From: Planctomycetota bacterium
GTDB taxonomy: Bacteria; Planctomycetota; B15-G4
Length of the DNA: 64,000 nt
Assembly: GCA_038212275.1 (NCBI GenBank)
Contig: JBBQUR010000010.1
Span: 64,001-128,000 of the forward strand
Direction: 5' to 3'
The translations under genes and the position numbers were made by a program. Shown here in pieces: positions 35,701-44,792 of the stretch. Every line of letters begins with the position of its first letter. Within the stretch, counting starts at the first letter, position 1. The notes beneath the pieces are model-generated. The model ran no database searches, had not been told where the DNA came from, and saw only the letters and a program-made list of their open reading frames with translations.

Positions 35701-35886
35701 GACCTGCTCGTCGGTCTCGACGCGCGCAACCCGGTGCTCGCCGGCCGCTTCGCCACGGCCTTCAACTTCTGGAAGCGCCACGCCGAGCCGCGCCGCAGCC
35801 TGCAGCGCAAGCAGCTCGAGCGCCTCGCCGCGCTGCCGGGCCTGTCGAGCAACACCTATGAAGTGGTGAGCAAGGCGCTGGCGTGA
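32713..35886 (+). CDS. pepN: aminopeptidase N with several low-complexity insertions
   Basis: [46 protein letters not shown]. Confidence 0.97.
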   Translation: [1057 protein letters not shown]

Positions 35887-38018
35887 GAGCCTCGAGCTTC
35901 GTCGCGCTGGCGTGCGGCGCCGTGCTCGTCGCGGCGGCGGGCTGGTGGCTGCTGAGCCAGGAGTCGGCCGGTTCGCAGAGCGCGTCCGTCGATGCCGTGT
36001 TGCGCGGGCCGAGCGGGACGGAGCCGTCGTCCGCCGAGGCGCCGCGCTACACGGTGACGGCGCCGGCCGAAGTGGCCACGCCGATCGCGCTGGCCGAGCC
36101 GCCCTCGTCGACAAGTGACGCGCCCCCGACGAAGAGCGCGCCGACGTTACGAGGTCGCGTCGTGTCCGGCGCAGGCGCCGGAGCAGGTGCGGGCGGGCAC
36201 GGGGGCGGGGGCGCAGGCGCCGGCGCCCCCGTGCCTGGTGCGCTCATCGACGGATTTCTCGCGGTCAAGTCGAATCGCCGCAAGCTGGCGCTCGCCTGCG
36301 ATGGCGGCGGTCGCTTCGAGATCCCGCTGCTGCCGCGCGAGCTGGCGCTGAAGGCCAGCGAGCTCGTGTTCACGCATCCGGAAGGACTGGGCCGCAGCCT
36401 GAGGAAGATCAGCGCCGAGGATGTCGAGGCCGGCGGCGATCTTGGCGACATCGAGCTGCTGCCTGCGCGCCGCGTGCACGTCCTGGCGCTCGATGTCGGG
36501 TGGAAGCCCGTTCCCGGCGCGCTTGCCGTGGCAGGCGACGACACGGGCGTGCGCAGCGGCCTCACCGACAAGCAAGGCCGTGCGATGCTCCCGTGCGTGC
36601 TGCTCGAGACGCCGTCGATCAGCGTCTGGGCGCACCGCTTCTTCGGAGCCGTCGTGATCCTGCCCGCGGCTGACGTCGTGATCGACGAGCAGCACCCGCT
36701 GGTCGTCGTCCTCGAGCGCTGCCCGTCGCTGGACATCGTGGTGACGGACGCGGCCGGCGCGCCTCAGCCCGAACTGCTGGCGGTGCTCAACGCGCAGCAG
36801 GAACTCTTCGCCAATCTCGACACGGCCGATCTGCACGCCGGTATCCGCGCGTTCGCGCCCGTCCCGATGCTCGAGGAGGTCGGCGCGGCACATCTCGGCG
36901 CGACGACCTGGAAGAGCGGTTTCACGGACGGCGCACCCACCGTGTCGGGTTCGCTGAACTTCGACCTCGATGCCGGTGGCCGCGCCAGCATCTCGGACCT
37001 GCTGCCCGGCGTGCCCTTCACGCTCTCGGTAGAGGACAGAACGGGCAGCGTCGCGTGGGGGCCCGAGCCGCTGACCCTGCAACCCGGCGAGGCGCGCGAG
37101 GTGCGTGCGGTGCTCGCGCACGCGGCGGTGGATCTCGTCGTGCGCGTGACCGATCCGCAGGGCACGCCGCTCGATCACGCCTCTGTGGAGGTCGTCTGGG
37201 CCGGCAAGGACAGCAGTTCGACACCCTCGACCAACGCCAAGGGCCTGGTCACTCTGCGCCGCGTGTACGCCGACACCATCACGCTGGTGGTAGACAAGCC
37301 GGGCTACGTCTCCCGGCGCTTGGAGGGCGTCGTCGTCACGCGCGGCGGGCAGCCGTTCGAGGTGGTGCTCGAGCCGGGCGCGGTCGTACACGTCCTGGTG
37401 CACGATGCCTACGGTCGGCCGGTGCAGGTGGAGACGGTGCGGGCGATGCTCGGCGGCGCGCGCGTGGGGCAAGCCGATCTGGACACGAGCGGCACGGCTG
37501 CGGAGGCCGCAGATGGCGTCGCTGCCGACCAGGCCGTCGCTGGCGTGCGTCCGCTGCAGAGTGCACGCGGCGTGGCGCAGTCGGCGCTGGAGCCGCCGCT
37601 GCCCGTGGATCGCTCGCGCTGGCTGTTGATGGACCTGCCTCGGGACGAGCTCGTGATCGAGGCACTGCTCGGAGGTCGGTCGATCTCGCAGCCGCACGAC
37701 AGTCGCGTGCCGGATGCCGTGCTCATCGTGCCGAGCGTCGGCGCGCTGCGCGTGAGCTTCGCCTTCGCGCTGGACCAGTCGCTCCATCACGTGCTCGAGG
37801 TGCGGCCGTCGGACGCGTCGACGGGCGCCACGCTATCCCAGCTGCTCAGCCCCTGGGAACGCAGCGTCGGCGAGGTGCTGCTGCCGACGCTCTTCCCGGG
37901 CGACTACGAGGTCACGCTCTCGAAGTGGGAGCCGACGGCAGTGTCGGCGTGCTCCCGGACCGCGCACGTACACGTCGCCGAGGGGGCGACGGCCAGCGTG
38001 GAGCTGGCCGCGCCCTGA
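35883..38018 (+). CDS. exported carboxypeptidase-regulatory-like domain protein
   Basis: N-terminal TM, repeated beta-sandwich motifs (LRGRVV, VTDPQGTPL..ASV, TNAKG, PGDYEV). Confidence 0.65.
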   Translation: MRASSFVALACGAVLVAAAGWWLLSQESAGSQSASVDAVLRGPSGTEPSSAEAPRYTVTAPAEVATPIALAEPPSSTSDAPPTKSAPTLRGRVVSGAGAGAGAGGHGGGGAGAGAPVPGALIDGFLAVKSNRRKLALACDGGGRFEIPLLPRELALKASELVFTHPEGLGRSLRKISAEDVEAGGDLGDIELLPARRVHVLALDVGWKPVPGALAVAGDDTGVRSGLTDKQGRAMLPCVLLETPSISVWAHRFFGAVVILPAADVVIDEQHPLVVVLERCPSLDIVVTDAAGAPQPELLAVLNAQQELFANLDTADLHAGIRAFAPVPMLEEVGAAHLGATTWKSGFTDGAPTVSGSLNFDLDAGGRASISDLLPGVPFTLSVEDRTGSVAWGPEPLTLQPGEAREVRAVLAHAAVDLVVRVTDPQGTPLDHASVEVVWAGKDSSSTPSTNAKGLVTLRRVYADTITLVVDKPGYVSRRLEGVVVTRGGQPFEVVLEPGAVVHVLVHDAYGRPVQVETVRAMLGGARVGQADLDTSGTAAEAADGVAADQAVAGVRPLQSARGVAQSALEPPLPVDRSRWLLMDLPRDELVIEALLGGRSISQPHDSRVPDAVLIVPSVGALRVSFAFALDQSLHHVLEVRPSDASTGATLSQLLSPWERSVGEVLLPTLFPGDYEVTLSKWEPTAVSACSRTAHVHVAEGATASVELAAP

Positions 38019-38044
38019 AGCCGGAGCGCCGTGGGCGCCGGCCG

Positions 38045-39055
38045 TCAGCCCGATGGCAGGATCGGTGCGGCGGGCGCCGCGCACTCCGCGGCCACGACTC
38101 CGCGCACGATGTCGGCGATGTCGGGCCAGCTCAGCTCGCCGAGCGCGGCGCGGAGCCGCGCCGGGTCCGGGCTGCGCGCCGGCACGTCGCGGCGGCCGGG
38201 GTAGGCCTCGGCGTAGGGCACGAAGCGCAGCGGGACTTCTGCGCCGCAGGCTTCGCGCACGAGTTGCGCGAGCTGCAGCACGGACGTCGCGACCGGTGAG
38301 CCCAGGTTGAAGAGCGGCTGCGGCGCGCGCCACGCGGCCTTGCTGGCGTGCAGCGCCAGGAGCGCGTCAAGAAATGTGCTTGAGTCGCTGAAGGCGCGCG
38401 TCTGGCGGCCGTCGCCGTGAATGATGAGCTCGCGGCCGGTGAGCGCACGCTCCACGAAGGTCGGCAGCACCATGCCGTAGGCCGCTGATTGCCCGCGGCC
38501 GACGACGTTGAAGGGGCGCACGACGAGCACGCGGCGTCCCTCCGCGGCGGCCGCGAGGCCGAGCGACTCCATGGCGAGCTTGCCGCAGGCGTAGCCGGGG
38601 CGGCCGCCGTCGTAGGCCAGCACGTCGGCGGGGTCGGGCGGCACGTCCTCGCGCGCCGGGTCGGCGTGCGACAGCCCGTAGACAGCCGACGAGGAGAAGA
38701 GCACGACCGGCGCCTCGCCGCTCGCGCGCAGCACATGACGCGTGCCCTCGACCGCGACACGGTGCGCGTGCTCCGCCAGCTGCGTCGCGCGCTGCATGCC
38801 GACCACGCTTGCGAGGTGCCAGACCTCCGACGCGCCGCGCGCGGCGTCCGCCACCGCGGCGGCGTCGAGCACGGAGGCCTCGCGCAGCTGCAGCGCGGGA
38901 TGCCGCGGCAGGTTGGCGGCGAGGCCGGTGCTCAGGTCGTCCAGCACGACCACGCGCCGGCCCGCCGCGAGCAGCCGCGCCACGAGCTGGCTGCCGAGGA
39001 AGCCCGCGCCCCCGGTGACCAGCACCGCTCCGCCGTCGGTGGCCGCAGCACTCAT
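38045..39055 (-). CDS. NAD-dependent epimerase/dehydratase (extended SDR)
   Basis: VTGGAGFLGS, SSSAVYG, YACGK, RPFNVVG, GDGRQTRAF. Confidence 0.9.
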   Translation of the reverse strand: MSAAATDGGAVLVTGGAGFLGSQLVARLLAAGRRVVVLDDLSTGLAANLPRHPALQLREASVLDAAAVADAARGASEVWHLASVVGMQRATQLAEHAHRVAVEGTRHVLRASGEAPVVLFSSSAVYGLSHADPAREDVPPDPADVLAYDGGRPGYACGKLAMESLGLAAAAEGRRVLVVRPFNVVGRGQSAAYGMVLPTFVERALTGRELIIHGDGRQTRAFSDSSTFLDALLALHASKAAWRAPQPLFNLGSPVATSVLQLAQLVREACGAEVPLRFVPYAEAYPGRRDVPARSPDPARLRAALGELSWPDIADIVRGVVAAECAAPAAPILPSG

Positions 39056-39338
39056 CGTGGCCGGGTTCTTCCGCGAGGGGATGGTGGGGGTCGTGACAGA
39101 CGGGTCTTGGCGACGAGCATGTCGGAACGGCGAGAGCGCTGGACGGACGGACGGCACGCCGCTCGTCCGCGCGGCGGCGCATCGTATCGGGTCTTGGACG
39201 CGGCGGCGTGCGCGCGGCGTCCCGCCTCGTCCCGCTTCGTCCCGTGGCCGGCAGCCCGCGCCCGTCGGTGCCCGTCGGCAGCCGCCCGCGCCCGCTCGCG
39301 CCCGCCCGCGGACGCAGCGCCGCGGCATGCGTGACGGC

Positions 39339-39344
39339 TATACT
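39339..39344 (+). promoter_or_regulatory. -10 element TATACT, leaderless-type promoter of DUF151 gene
   Basis: 8 nt upstream of ATG 39353; no SD sequence. Confidence 0.45.
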
Positions 39345-39352
39345 CGGCCCTC

Positions 39353-39823
39353 ATGAAAGAGATCGAGCTCTTCCGCATCATGCACAGCGATCACAGCGCG
39401 GATTGCCACATGTATCTGCGGGAGACAGATGGCGGCCGCTGCTTCCCGGTGACCATCGCCATGAACGAAATGGCCGAGATCCACCGCAAGGTGCACGGGA
39501 TCGAGACCCGCCGGCCCATGACCCACGACATCTTCGCGGCGCTCATGCGCGAGCTGAAGCTGGAGCTGGTCTCGGTGGAGATCGTGGACCTCAAGGACGA
39601 CGTCTTCTACGCGAGCATGAACTTCCGGGGCGAGGACGGCCGGACCTTCAAGCTGGACGCGCGGCCCTCGGACGCCGTGGCCATCGGCACCGGCGTCGGC
39701 GCGAAGCTCTTTGCGGCCGAGAGCATCCTGGACGAGGTCGGCCGCCGCGAGGACGAGGAGCCCGTGCCGCCACAGGACGGCACGCGGGAGGAGAGCCCGC
39801 CGGAGGACGATCCGCCGGCATGA
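39353..39823 (+). CDS. bifunctional nuclease family protein (DUF151)
   Basis: RPMTHD, FYA, DARPSDAVAI motifs. Confidence 0.9.
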   Translation: MKEIELFRIMHSDHSADCHMYLRETDGGRCFPVTIAMNEMAEIHRKVHGIETRRPMTHDIFAALMRELKLELVSVEIVDLKDDVFYASMNFRGEDGRTFKLDARPSDAVAIGTGVGAKLFAAESILDEVGRREDEEPVPPQDGTREESPPEDDPPA

Positions 39824-39937
39824 AGCGCACGCCTCCGGCACGAGGGGCCAGGCGCCGGGCGCCGGACCGTAGGCGCGGGCAGAGCAAGCAGATCAGCATG
39901 AAGACGGTTGCGCCGGCCCGGCTTCGGACCGGCAGCG

Positions 39938-40025
39938 GGAGGGGTGGCAGAGTGGTCGATTGCGACGGTCTTGAAAACCGTTGGCCCGTGAGGGCTCGTG
40001 GGTTCGAATCCCACCCCCTCCGCCA
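39938..40025 (+). tRNA. tRNA-Ser (anticodon TGA)
   Basis: GGAGGGG/CCCCTCC acceptor stem, ACGGT-CTTGAAA-ACCGT anticodon arm, long variable arm, GGTTCGAATCC, G73, CCA. Confidence 0.96.
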
Positions 40026-40089
40026 CACCCGTGCCGCGCTCGAGTGGCGACGCGAGTCGGCCGCTCGCGTGATCCCGCCCACGGCGACG

Positions 40090-40119
40090 TTGACAATCAG
40101 CCCCGCCAGCCCGTTCAAT
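40090..40119 (+). promoter_or_regulatory. candidate sigma70 promoter for second tRNA (TTGACA-N18-TTCAAT)
   Basis: perfect -35 hexamer in a GC-rich context, -10 element 14 nt before the tRNA. Confidence 0.45.
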
Positions 40120-40133
40120 CCTGCCCCCGTTGC

Positions 40134-40226
40134 GGGCAGGTGGCAGAGTGGTCGATTGCGGCAGATTGCTAATCTGTTGACGGGGGATTTCCTCGTCCGC
40201 GGGTTCAAATCCCGCCCTGCCCGCCA
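40134..40226 (+). tRNA. tRNA-Ser (anticodon GCT)
   Basis: GGGCAGG/CCTGCCC acceptor stem, GCAGA-TTGCTAA-TCTGT anticodon arm, long variable arm, GGTTCAAATCC, G73, CCA. Confidence 0.95.
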
Positions 40227-40277
40227 TTTCGGTCTGCGGCCCGACGGCCGCCGACCCGTGCCGTCGGTGAGCACGCG

Positions 40278-40787
40278 ATGATCCAACCTTGCCGTTCATC
40301 GCGCGCGTCGTCGCGTTCCGCCTTGCAGGCGCTGCTCTGGGCTGCCGCACTGCTGCTCGCGCCGGCCTGCGTGACCCGCACGCTCTCGGTGACCAGCGCT
40401 CCTGCCGGGGCGCGCGTCACCATCGACGGCACGTCGGTGGGCACGACGCCGTACGAGCAGGTCTTCGAGTCCTACGGCGAGCGGTCCCTCGACCTGGAGC
40501 TGGCCGGCTACGTCAGCCGCCACGAACTGCTTCCCATGCCGGCCCCGTGGTGGCAGGTCTTTCCGCTCGATTTCGTGACCGACCTGCTGCTGCCGCTCGG
40601 CCTGCACGACGACCACTCCTTTCATTACGTGCTGGTGCCGCGTGACCCGGAGGCCGGTACCTGGGAGCAGGCGCGGCAGGCCTACGCCCGGGAGCAGGCG
40701 GCCCTCGCCGAGACGAGGCGCGCCGCTGCCGAACACGAAGCCGGCAAGCCGGACACCACGCCCCCAGCCGCGGGAGACGAGCCATGA
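40278..40787 (+). CDS. PEGA-domain putative lipoprotein
   Basis: LLAPAC lipobox-like site, LSVTSAPAGARVTIDG..GTTP PEGA motif, PWWQVFPLDF. Confidence 0.8.
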   Translation: MIQPCRSSRASSRSALQALLWAAALLLAPACVTRTLSVTSAPAGARVTIDGTSVGTTPYEQVFESYGERSLDLELAGYVSRHELLPMPAPWWQVFPLDFVTDLLLPLGLHDDHSFHYVLVPRDPEAGTWEQARQAYAREQAALAETRRAAAEHEAGKPDTTPPAAGDEP

Positions 40788-42259
40788 CCGAGGAGCGGAA
40801 CAGGCGGCCGGGTGCGGGCGCACCGTCGCCGGCGGCTCCGGCCCGCCGCACGGCCCTGAACACGGCGGCGCGCCTCGCGGGAGCGGCGTCGCTCGCGGGC
40901 AAGGACGTCCTGGTGCTCGGGCTCGGGCACTTCGGCGGAGGCTTCGGCGCCGCGCGCTGGTTGCTGGCGCAGGGCGCGCACGTGACCGTCACCGACAGGG
41001 CCGGCGAGGAACTGCTGGCCGCGCCCGCCGCCGCGCTGCGCGAGGCCGGCGCGCGCGTCGTGCTCGGCGGCCACGAGGGCATCGACTTCGGTCGCGCGGA
41101 CCTGCTCGTCGTGAACCCCGCCGTGCCGCTCACGGCGCCGCCCGTCATGACCGCGACGGCGGCTGGCGTGCCGATCGCCAGCGAGATCGGCCTGCTCATG
41201 GAGCGCTGGCCGGGCCCGGTGCTCGGCGTCACCGGCAGCAACGGCAAGAGCACGACCACCAGCCTGGCGCACGCGATGCTCACCGCGGCCGGCGTGCGTT
41301 CCGCGCTGGGCGGCAACATCGGCGGCTCGCTGCTCGATGACCTCGGCACGGCGCAGTCCGGCGACGTCGCGGTGCTGGAAATCTCGTCGTTCATGCTGGA
41401 CATGCTGGCGCGGCAGGGGCTCGGGCCCGACGTCGCGCTCATCACGAACATCACGCCCAATCACCTGGACCGGCACGGCAGCTTCGAGGCCTACAAGCAG
41501 AGCAAGCGCTCCATCCTGACGCACGCGCGCCGCGCCGTGCTCAACGCCGACGACGAGCACGTGCGCGACGTCGCCCGGGGCTTTGCCGGCGAGATGCTCT
41601 GGTACGGGGCGCAGGGCGACATCAGCATCGGCCGCAACGGAGAGCTGACCGACCGGCGCGGCTGGCCGCTCATTGCGGATGCCGACGTGCCGCTGCCCGG
41701 GCGCATGAACCGCATGAACATTGCCGCGGCGACGCTGGCGGTGGCCGCGGTGCTGGCCGACGAGGTGCGCGCCGCGCGCGCGCTGCCCGCGGCGCTGCTG
41801 CGCTACGAGCGCCCGCCGCATCGGCTGCAGCCCGTCGGCACCTGGCGCGGCGTCAGCTGGGTGGACGACAGCTCCAGCACCACGCCCGAAAGCACGCACG
41901 GTTCGCTCCAGGCGGTGGGCGGGCCCTGCATCGTCATCGTCGGCGGGCACGACAAGGGGCTGGACCCGGCGCCGCTGCTCGACGGTTCGGCGCGCTGGGC
42001 ACGACTGGTGCTCACCATCGGTGAACAGGCCCAGCCGCTGCTGCGCGAGCTGACGCGGCGCGGCGTGGCGGCCGAGGCCGTCGGCAGCGTGCCCGCGGCG
42101 GTGGAGCGCGCGGCGCAGGCCTGCCGTCCCGGCGACACGGTGCTGCTCTCGCCCGGCTACAGCAGCCACGACCAGTTCACCAATTACGAGAAGCGCGCCG
42201 AGTGCTTCCGGCGCGAGGTGCTGGCCCGCGTGGCGGCCGAAGCGACCGCCGGAGCCTGA
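40784..42259 (+). CDS. murD: UDP-N-acetylmuramoyl-L-alanine--D-glutamate ligase
   Basis: LGLGHFGGG, GVTGSNGKSTTT, GGNIG, LEISSF, NITPNHLDRH, PHRL, LLSPG..S.DQF.NYEKR. Confidence 0.93.
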   Translation: MTEERNRRPGAGAPSPAAPARRTALNTAARLAGAASLAGKDVLVLGLGHFGGGFGAARWLLAQGAHVTVTDRAGEELLAAPAAALREAGARVVLGGHEGIDFGRADLLVVNPAVPLTAPPVMTATAAGVPIASEIGLLMERWPGPVLGVTGSNGKSTTTSLAHAMLTAAGVRSALGGNIGGSLLDDLGTAQSGDVAVLEISSFMLDMLARQGLGPDVALITNITPNHLDRHGSFEAYKQSKRSILTHARRAVLNADDEHVRDVARGFAGEMLWYGAQGDISIGRNGELTDRRGWPLIADADVPLPGRMNRMNIAAATLAVAAVLADEVRAARALPAALLRYERPPHRLQPVGTWRGVSWVDDSSSTTPESTHGSLQAVGGPCIVIVGGHDKGLDPAPLLDGSARWARLVLTIGEQAQPLLRELTRRGVAAEAVGSVPAAVERAAQACRPGDTVLLSPGYSSHDQFTNYEKRAECFRREVLARVAAEATAGA

Positions 42260-42354
42260 GCGGGCGGCGATGCCGCGGACGCCGATCTGCCCCGCCCCTG
42301 TCGCGGGCGTCCGCCGGGTGCTAGAAAGGCCTTCGATTCACGCGAGGCCTGATC

Positions 42355-42975
42355 ATGTTCCGGAGTTGTGATCGCTGCGAGAAGCCGGCCACCGTGCATC
42401 TGACGGAGATCAAGGCCGGCGCCAAGACCGAGCGCCATCTGTGCGAGGACTGCGCGCGCACGCTGCACGCCCCGCAGCCCAGCCAGGAGCTGCTGAAGCT
42501 CATGAAGTCCTTCGAGCCGGCGCAGTCGCTGTCCGGCACCGGGGCGGGCGAGCTGGCCCGCGCCTGCCCGGAGTGCGGCATGACCTACGCGGAGTTCCGC
42601 CAGCAGGGGCGCTTCGGCTGCGCGAAGGACTACGAGATCTTCGGCGACGAGATCGAGAAGCTGCTGAAGAAGATCCACGGCATTGCGCGCTACACCGGCA
42701 AGTCGCCCAAGGGCGGCACGGTGGAGGGCGGGCTGCGGCTGGATGCGCTGGCCAAGGCGCGCAAGGCGCTGGGCGAGGCCGTCGAGTCCGAGAACTACGA
42801 GGAGGCCGCGCGCCTGCGCGACGAGATCCGCAGGCTGGCCGACGCGCCGTCGACCATCGTGCCGGCCGCCGCGCGCGGTTCGCGCGGGCCGGGAGCGGGT
42901 GCCCCGAAGTCCAGCAGCCCCGAGTCCGGGCCGGGCAAGCCGCCGGGCAGCGTCAAGGGCGGGGCGGAGAGCTGA
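42355..42975 (+). CDS. mcsA: McsA (protein-arginine kinase activator; CxxC motifs + UVR domain)
   Basis: CDRC, CEDC, CPECG..GRFGC..Y, ENYEEAARLRDEI. Confidence 0.9.
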   Translation: MFRSCDRCEKPATVHLTEIKAGAKTERHLCEDCARTLHAPQPSQELLKLMKSFEPAQSLSGTGAGELARACPECGMTYAEFRQQGRFGCAKDYEIFGDEIEKLLKKIHGIARYTGKSPKGGTVEGGLRLDALAKARKALGEAVESENYEEAARLRDEIRRLADAPSTIVPAAARGSRGPGAGAPKSSSPESGPGKPPGSVKGGAES

Positions 42976-42976
42976 C

Positions 42977-44068
42977 GTGGCGGGCAACGGACACGAGCTG
43001 CCGCAGCTGCCGGACCTCTGGCTGCTGAAGTCGGGCCGCGAGCAGGACGTCGTCGTGTCGTCGCGCATGCGGCTGGCGCGCAACGTGGACGGCTTCCACT
43101 TCAAGTCGCGCTTCCGCAGCGGCGAGGGCGAGCGACTCGAGGCGCACCTGCGCGGCGTGCTGCAGGCGGCCGATCCGACGCTGCAGTACGCCTCGATGAC
43201 CGACCTGACGCCCACGCTGCGCGAGGTCCTGTTCGAGCGCCACATCGTCAGCGCCGAGCACGTCACCGACAAGCATCCGCGCGGCGTGGCCTACAGCGCC
43301 GAGGGCACGACCTCCGTGCTGGTGAACGAGGAAGATCACCTGCGCATCCAGGTTTTTGCGCCGGGGCTCGAGCTGGCCGAGCTGGACCGCCGCGTCAACG
43401 AGCTGGATGACACGCTGGCGCGCTACGTGAGTTTCAGCTTCAGCGAGCGCTACGGCTATCTCACGACGTGCCCGACGAACACCGGCACCGGGCTGCGCGT
43501 CAGCGTCATGCTGCACCTGCCGGCGCTCTCCTTCCGCGGCGAGTCCAAGACGGGCCAGCCGCTGGAGCAGGGCATTGTGAAAGTTCACAAGGCCGCACAG
43601 AAACTGGGCCTCACGGTGCGCGGCACGCACGGCGAGAGCAGCCGCGCGGAGGGCGATTTCTACCAGATCAGCAACCAGGTCACATTGGGTTGTGCGCCGT
43701 CCAAGTCCATTGCGGATCTCGCCGCGGTGCTCGCGCACGTCATCGAGTACGAGCGCAACTCGCGCAACATCCTGCTGAAGGATGACCGCACGCGCCTCGA
43801 AGACGTCGTGTGGCGCGCCTGGGCCATCCTCGGCAACGCGCGGCGCATTTCGTCGCGCGAGGCGCTGGCGCACCTCTCCGCGCTGCGATTGGGAAGCTGC
43901 CTCGGCCTGATCGACCACGTCTCGCTGCCGACGCTGCACGCGCTCATGGTGACGATGCGCTCCGGCCACCTGCAGTTCCAGGCCGGCCGCGAGCTCCAGC
44001 CCAGAGAGCGCGACACGCTCCGCGCGCAGCTGCTGCGCGAGACGCTGGCGCGCCCGCCGAGGAAGTGA
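42977..44068 (+). CDS. mcsB: protein-arginine kinase McsB
   Basis: SSRMRLARN, NEEDHLRIQ, GYLTTCPTNTGTGLRVSVMLHLP, YQISNQVTLG; GTG start. Confidence 0.92.
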   Translation: MAGNGHELPQLPDLWLLKSGREQDVVVSSRMRLARNVDGFHFKSRFRSGEGERLEAHLRGVLQAADPTLQYASMTDLTPTLREVLFERHIVSAEHVTDKHPRGVAYSAEGTTSVLVNEEDHLRIQVFAPGLELAELDRRVNELDDTLARYVSFSFSERYGYLTTCPTNTGTGLRVSVMLHLPALSFRGESKTGQPLEQGIVKVHKAAQKLGLTVRGTHGESSRAEGDFYQISNQVTLGCAPSKSIADLAAVLAHVIEYERNSRNILLKDDRTRLEDVVWRAWAILGNARRISSREALAHLSALRLGSCLGLIDHVSLPTLHALMVTMRSGHLQFQAGRELQPRERDTLRAQLLRETLARPPRK

Positions 44069-44736
44069 TCCGCACCGAAGCTGAATATCGCGAGGCGCTC
44101 GCCCGGCTGGCGGCCGAGCGAAAGCGCTTGCGTGAGCAGGACAAGCAGTTGCGAGCCGAGGGCGTCGCGCCGGCATCCCGCAAGCGGCTGCTTGATCCGC
44201 AGCGTTCGTTCTCCGAGCAGATCGCCGAGGAGGTCGCCAGCTACGGGCGGCTTCGGGACGGCGACGTGGGAGAGCTGGAAAACCTGCACGGCCTCGGCCG
44301 CCTGCTCATCGCCTTGCGCATCGCCCGCGGGATGACCCAGCGCGATCTCGCGGAGCAACTGGCCGTCCACGAGACGCAGGTGTCCCGCGATGAGCGCAAC
44401 GAGTATCAGGGCGTGACGGTCGAGCGCGCCAGCCGCATCATGGATGCGCTGAAGGCCAGCGTCCGCACGACGGTTCGGCGCAAGGGCTCCCCGGCAGGTC
44501 CAGCGCCGGTTGTGCGGGATGCCAGCGCCAGCACCGGATTCCGCTGCGTCGCCTTCCCCGCCCGACTCCCCGTGGCCCGGCGGCAGCGGGTTCGCCATAC
44601 TCTGCGGGCGCAGGCCGGCGGCGTCGGCACGCGGTTCACGGCTGTTCCCGGCAAGGCCGGGCGGGCCGGATGCCGATGCTATAGGCCGCCGGACCTGTGC
44701 CGGAACTCGCCGCCGCCCGATGACGTCGGCGCCTGA
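44065..44736 (+). CDS. XRE-family helix-turn-helix protein
   Basis: GTGA overlap with mcsB; MIRTEAEY N-terminal helix; LIALRIARGMTQRDLAEQLAVHETQVSRDERNEY HTH; the tail after about aa 140 may be a non-conserved extension. Confidence 0.8.
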   Translation: MIRTEAEYREALARLAAERKRLREQDKQLRAEGVAPASRKRLLDPQRSFSEQIAEEVASYGRLRDGDVGELENLHGLGRLLIALRIARGMTQRDLAEQLAVHETQVSRDERNEYQGVTVERASRIMDALKASVRTTVRRKGSPAGPAPVVRDASASTGFRCVAFPARLPVARRQRVRHTLRAQAGGVGTRFTAVPGKAGRAGCRCYRPPDLCRNSPPPDDVGA

Positions 44737-44792
44737 CGAAACCCGCGCCGACGAAACCCGACCGCCCGCCTCCCTAACCGAGGGCTGCACCC

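Noticed and set aside
39190..39330. Short GC-rich repeats (CGTCCCGC.., GCCCGC..) in the divergent epimerase/DUF151 spacer, and GACGAAACCCG x2 at 44736-44760
   Set aside because: Too short or degenerate to distinguish from the background slippage repeats of this genome.
39938..40226. tRNA genes as integration sites of a mobile element; unusual tRNA identity
   Set aside because: No integrase and no duplicated tRNA 3' end seen in the window; both fold as ordinary Ser tRNAs (anticodons TGA and GCT, not the TCA of tRNA-Sec).
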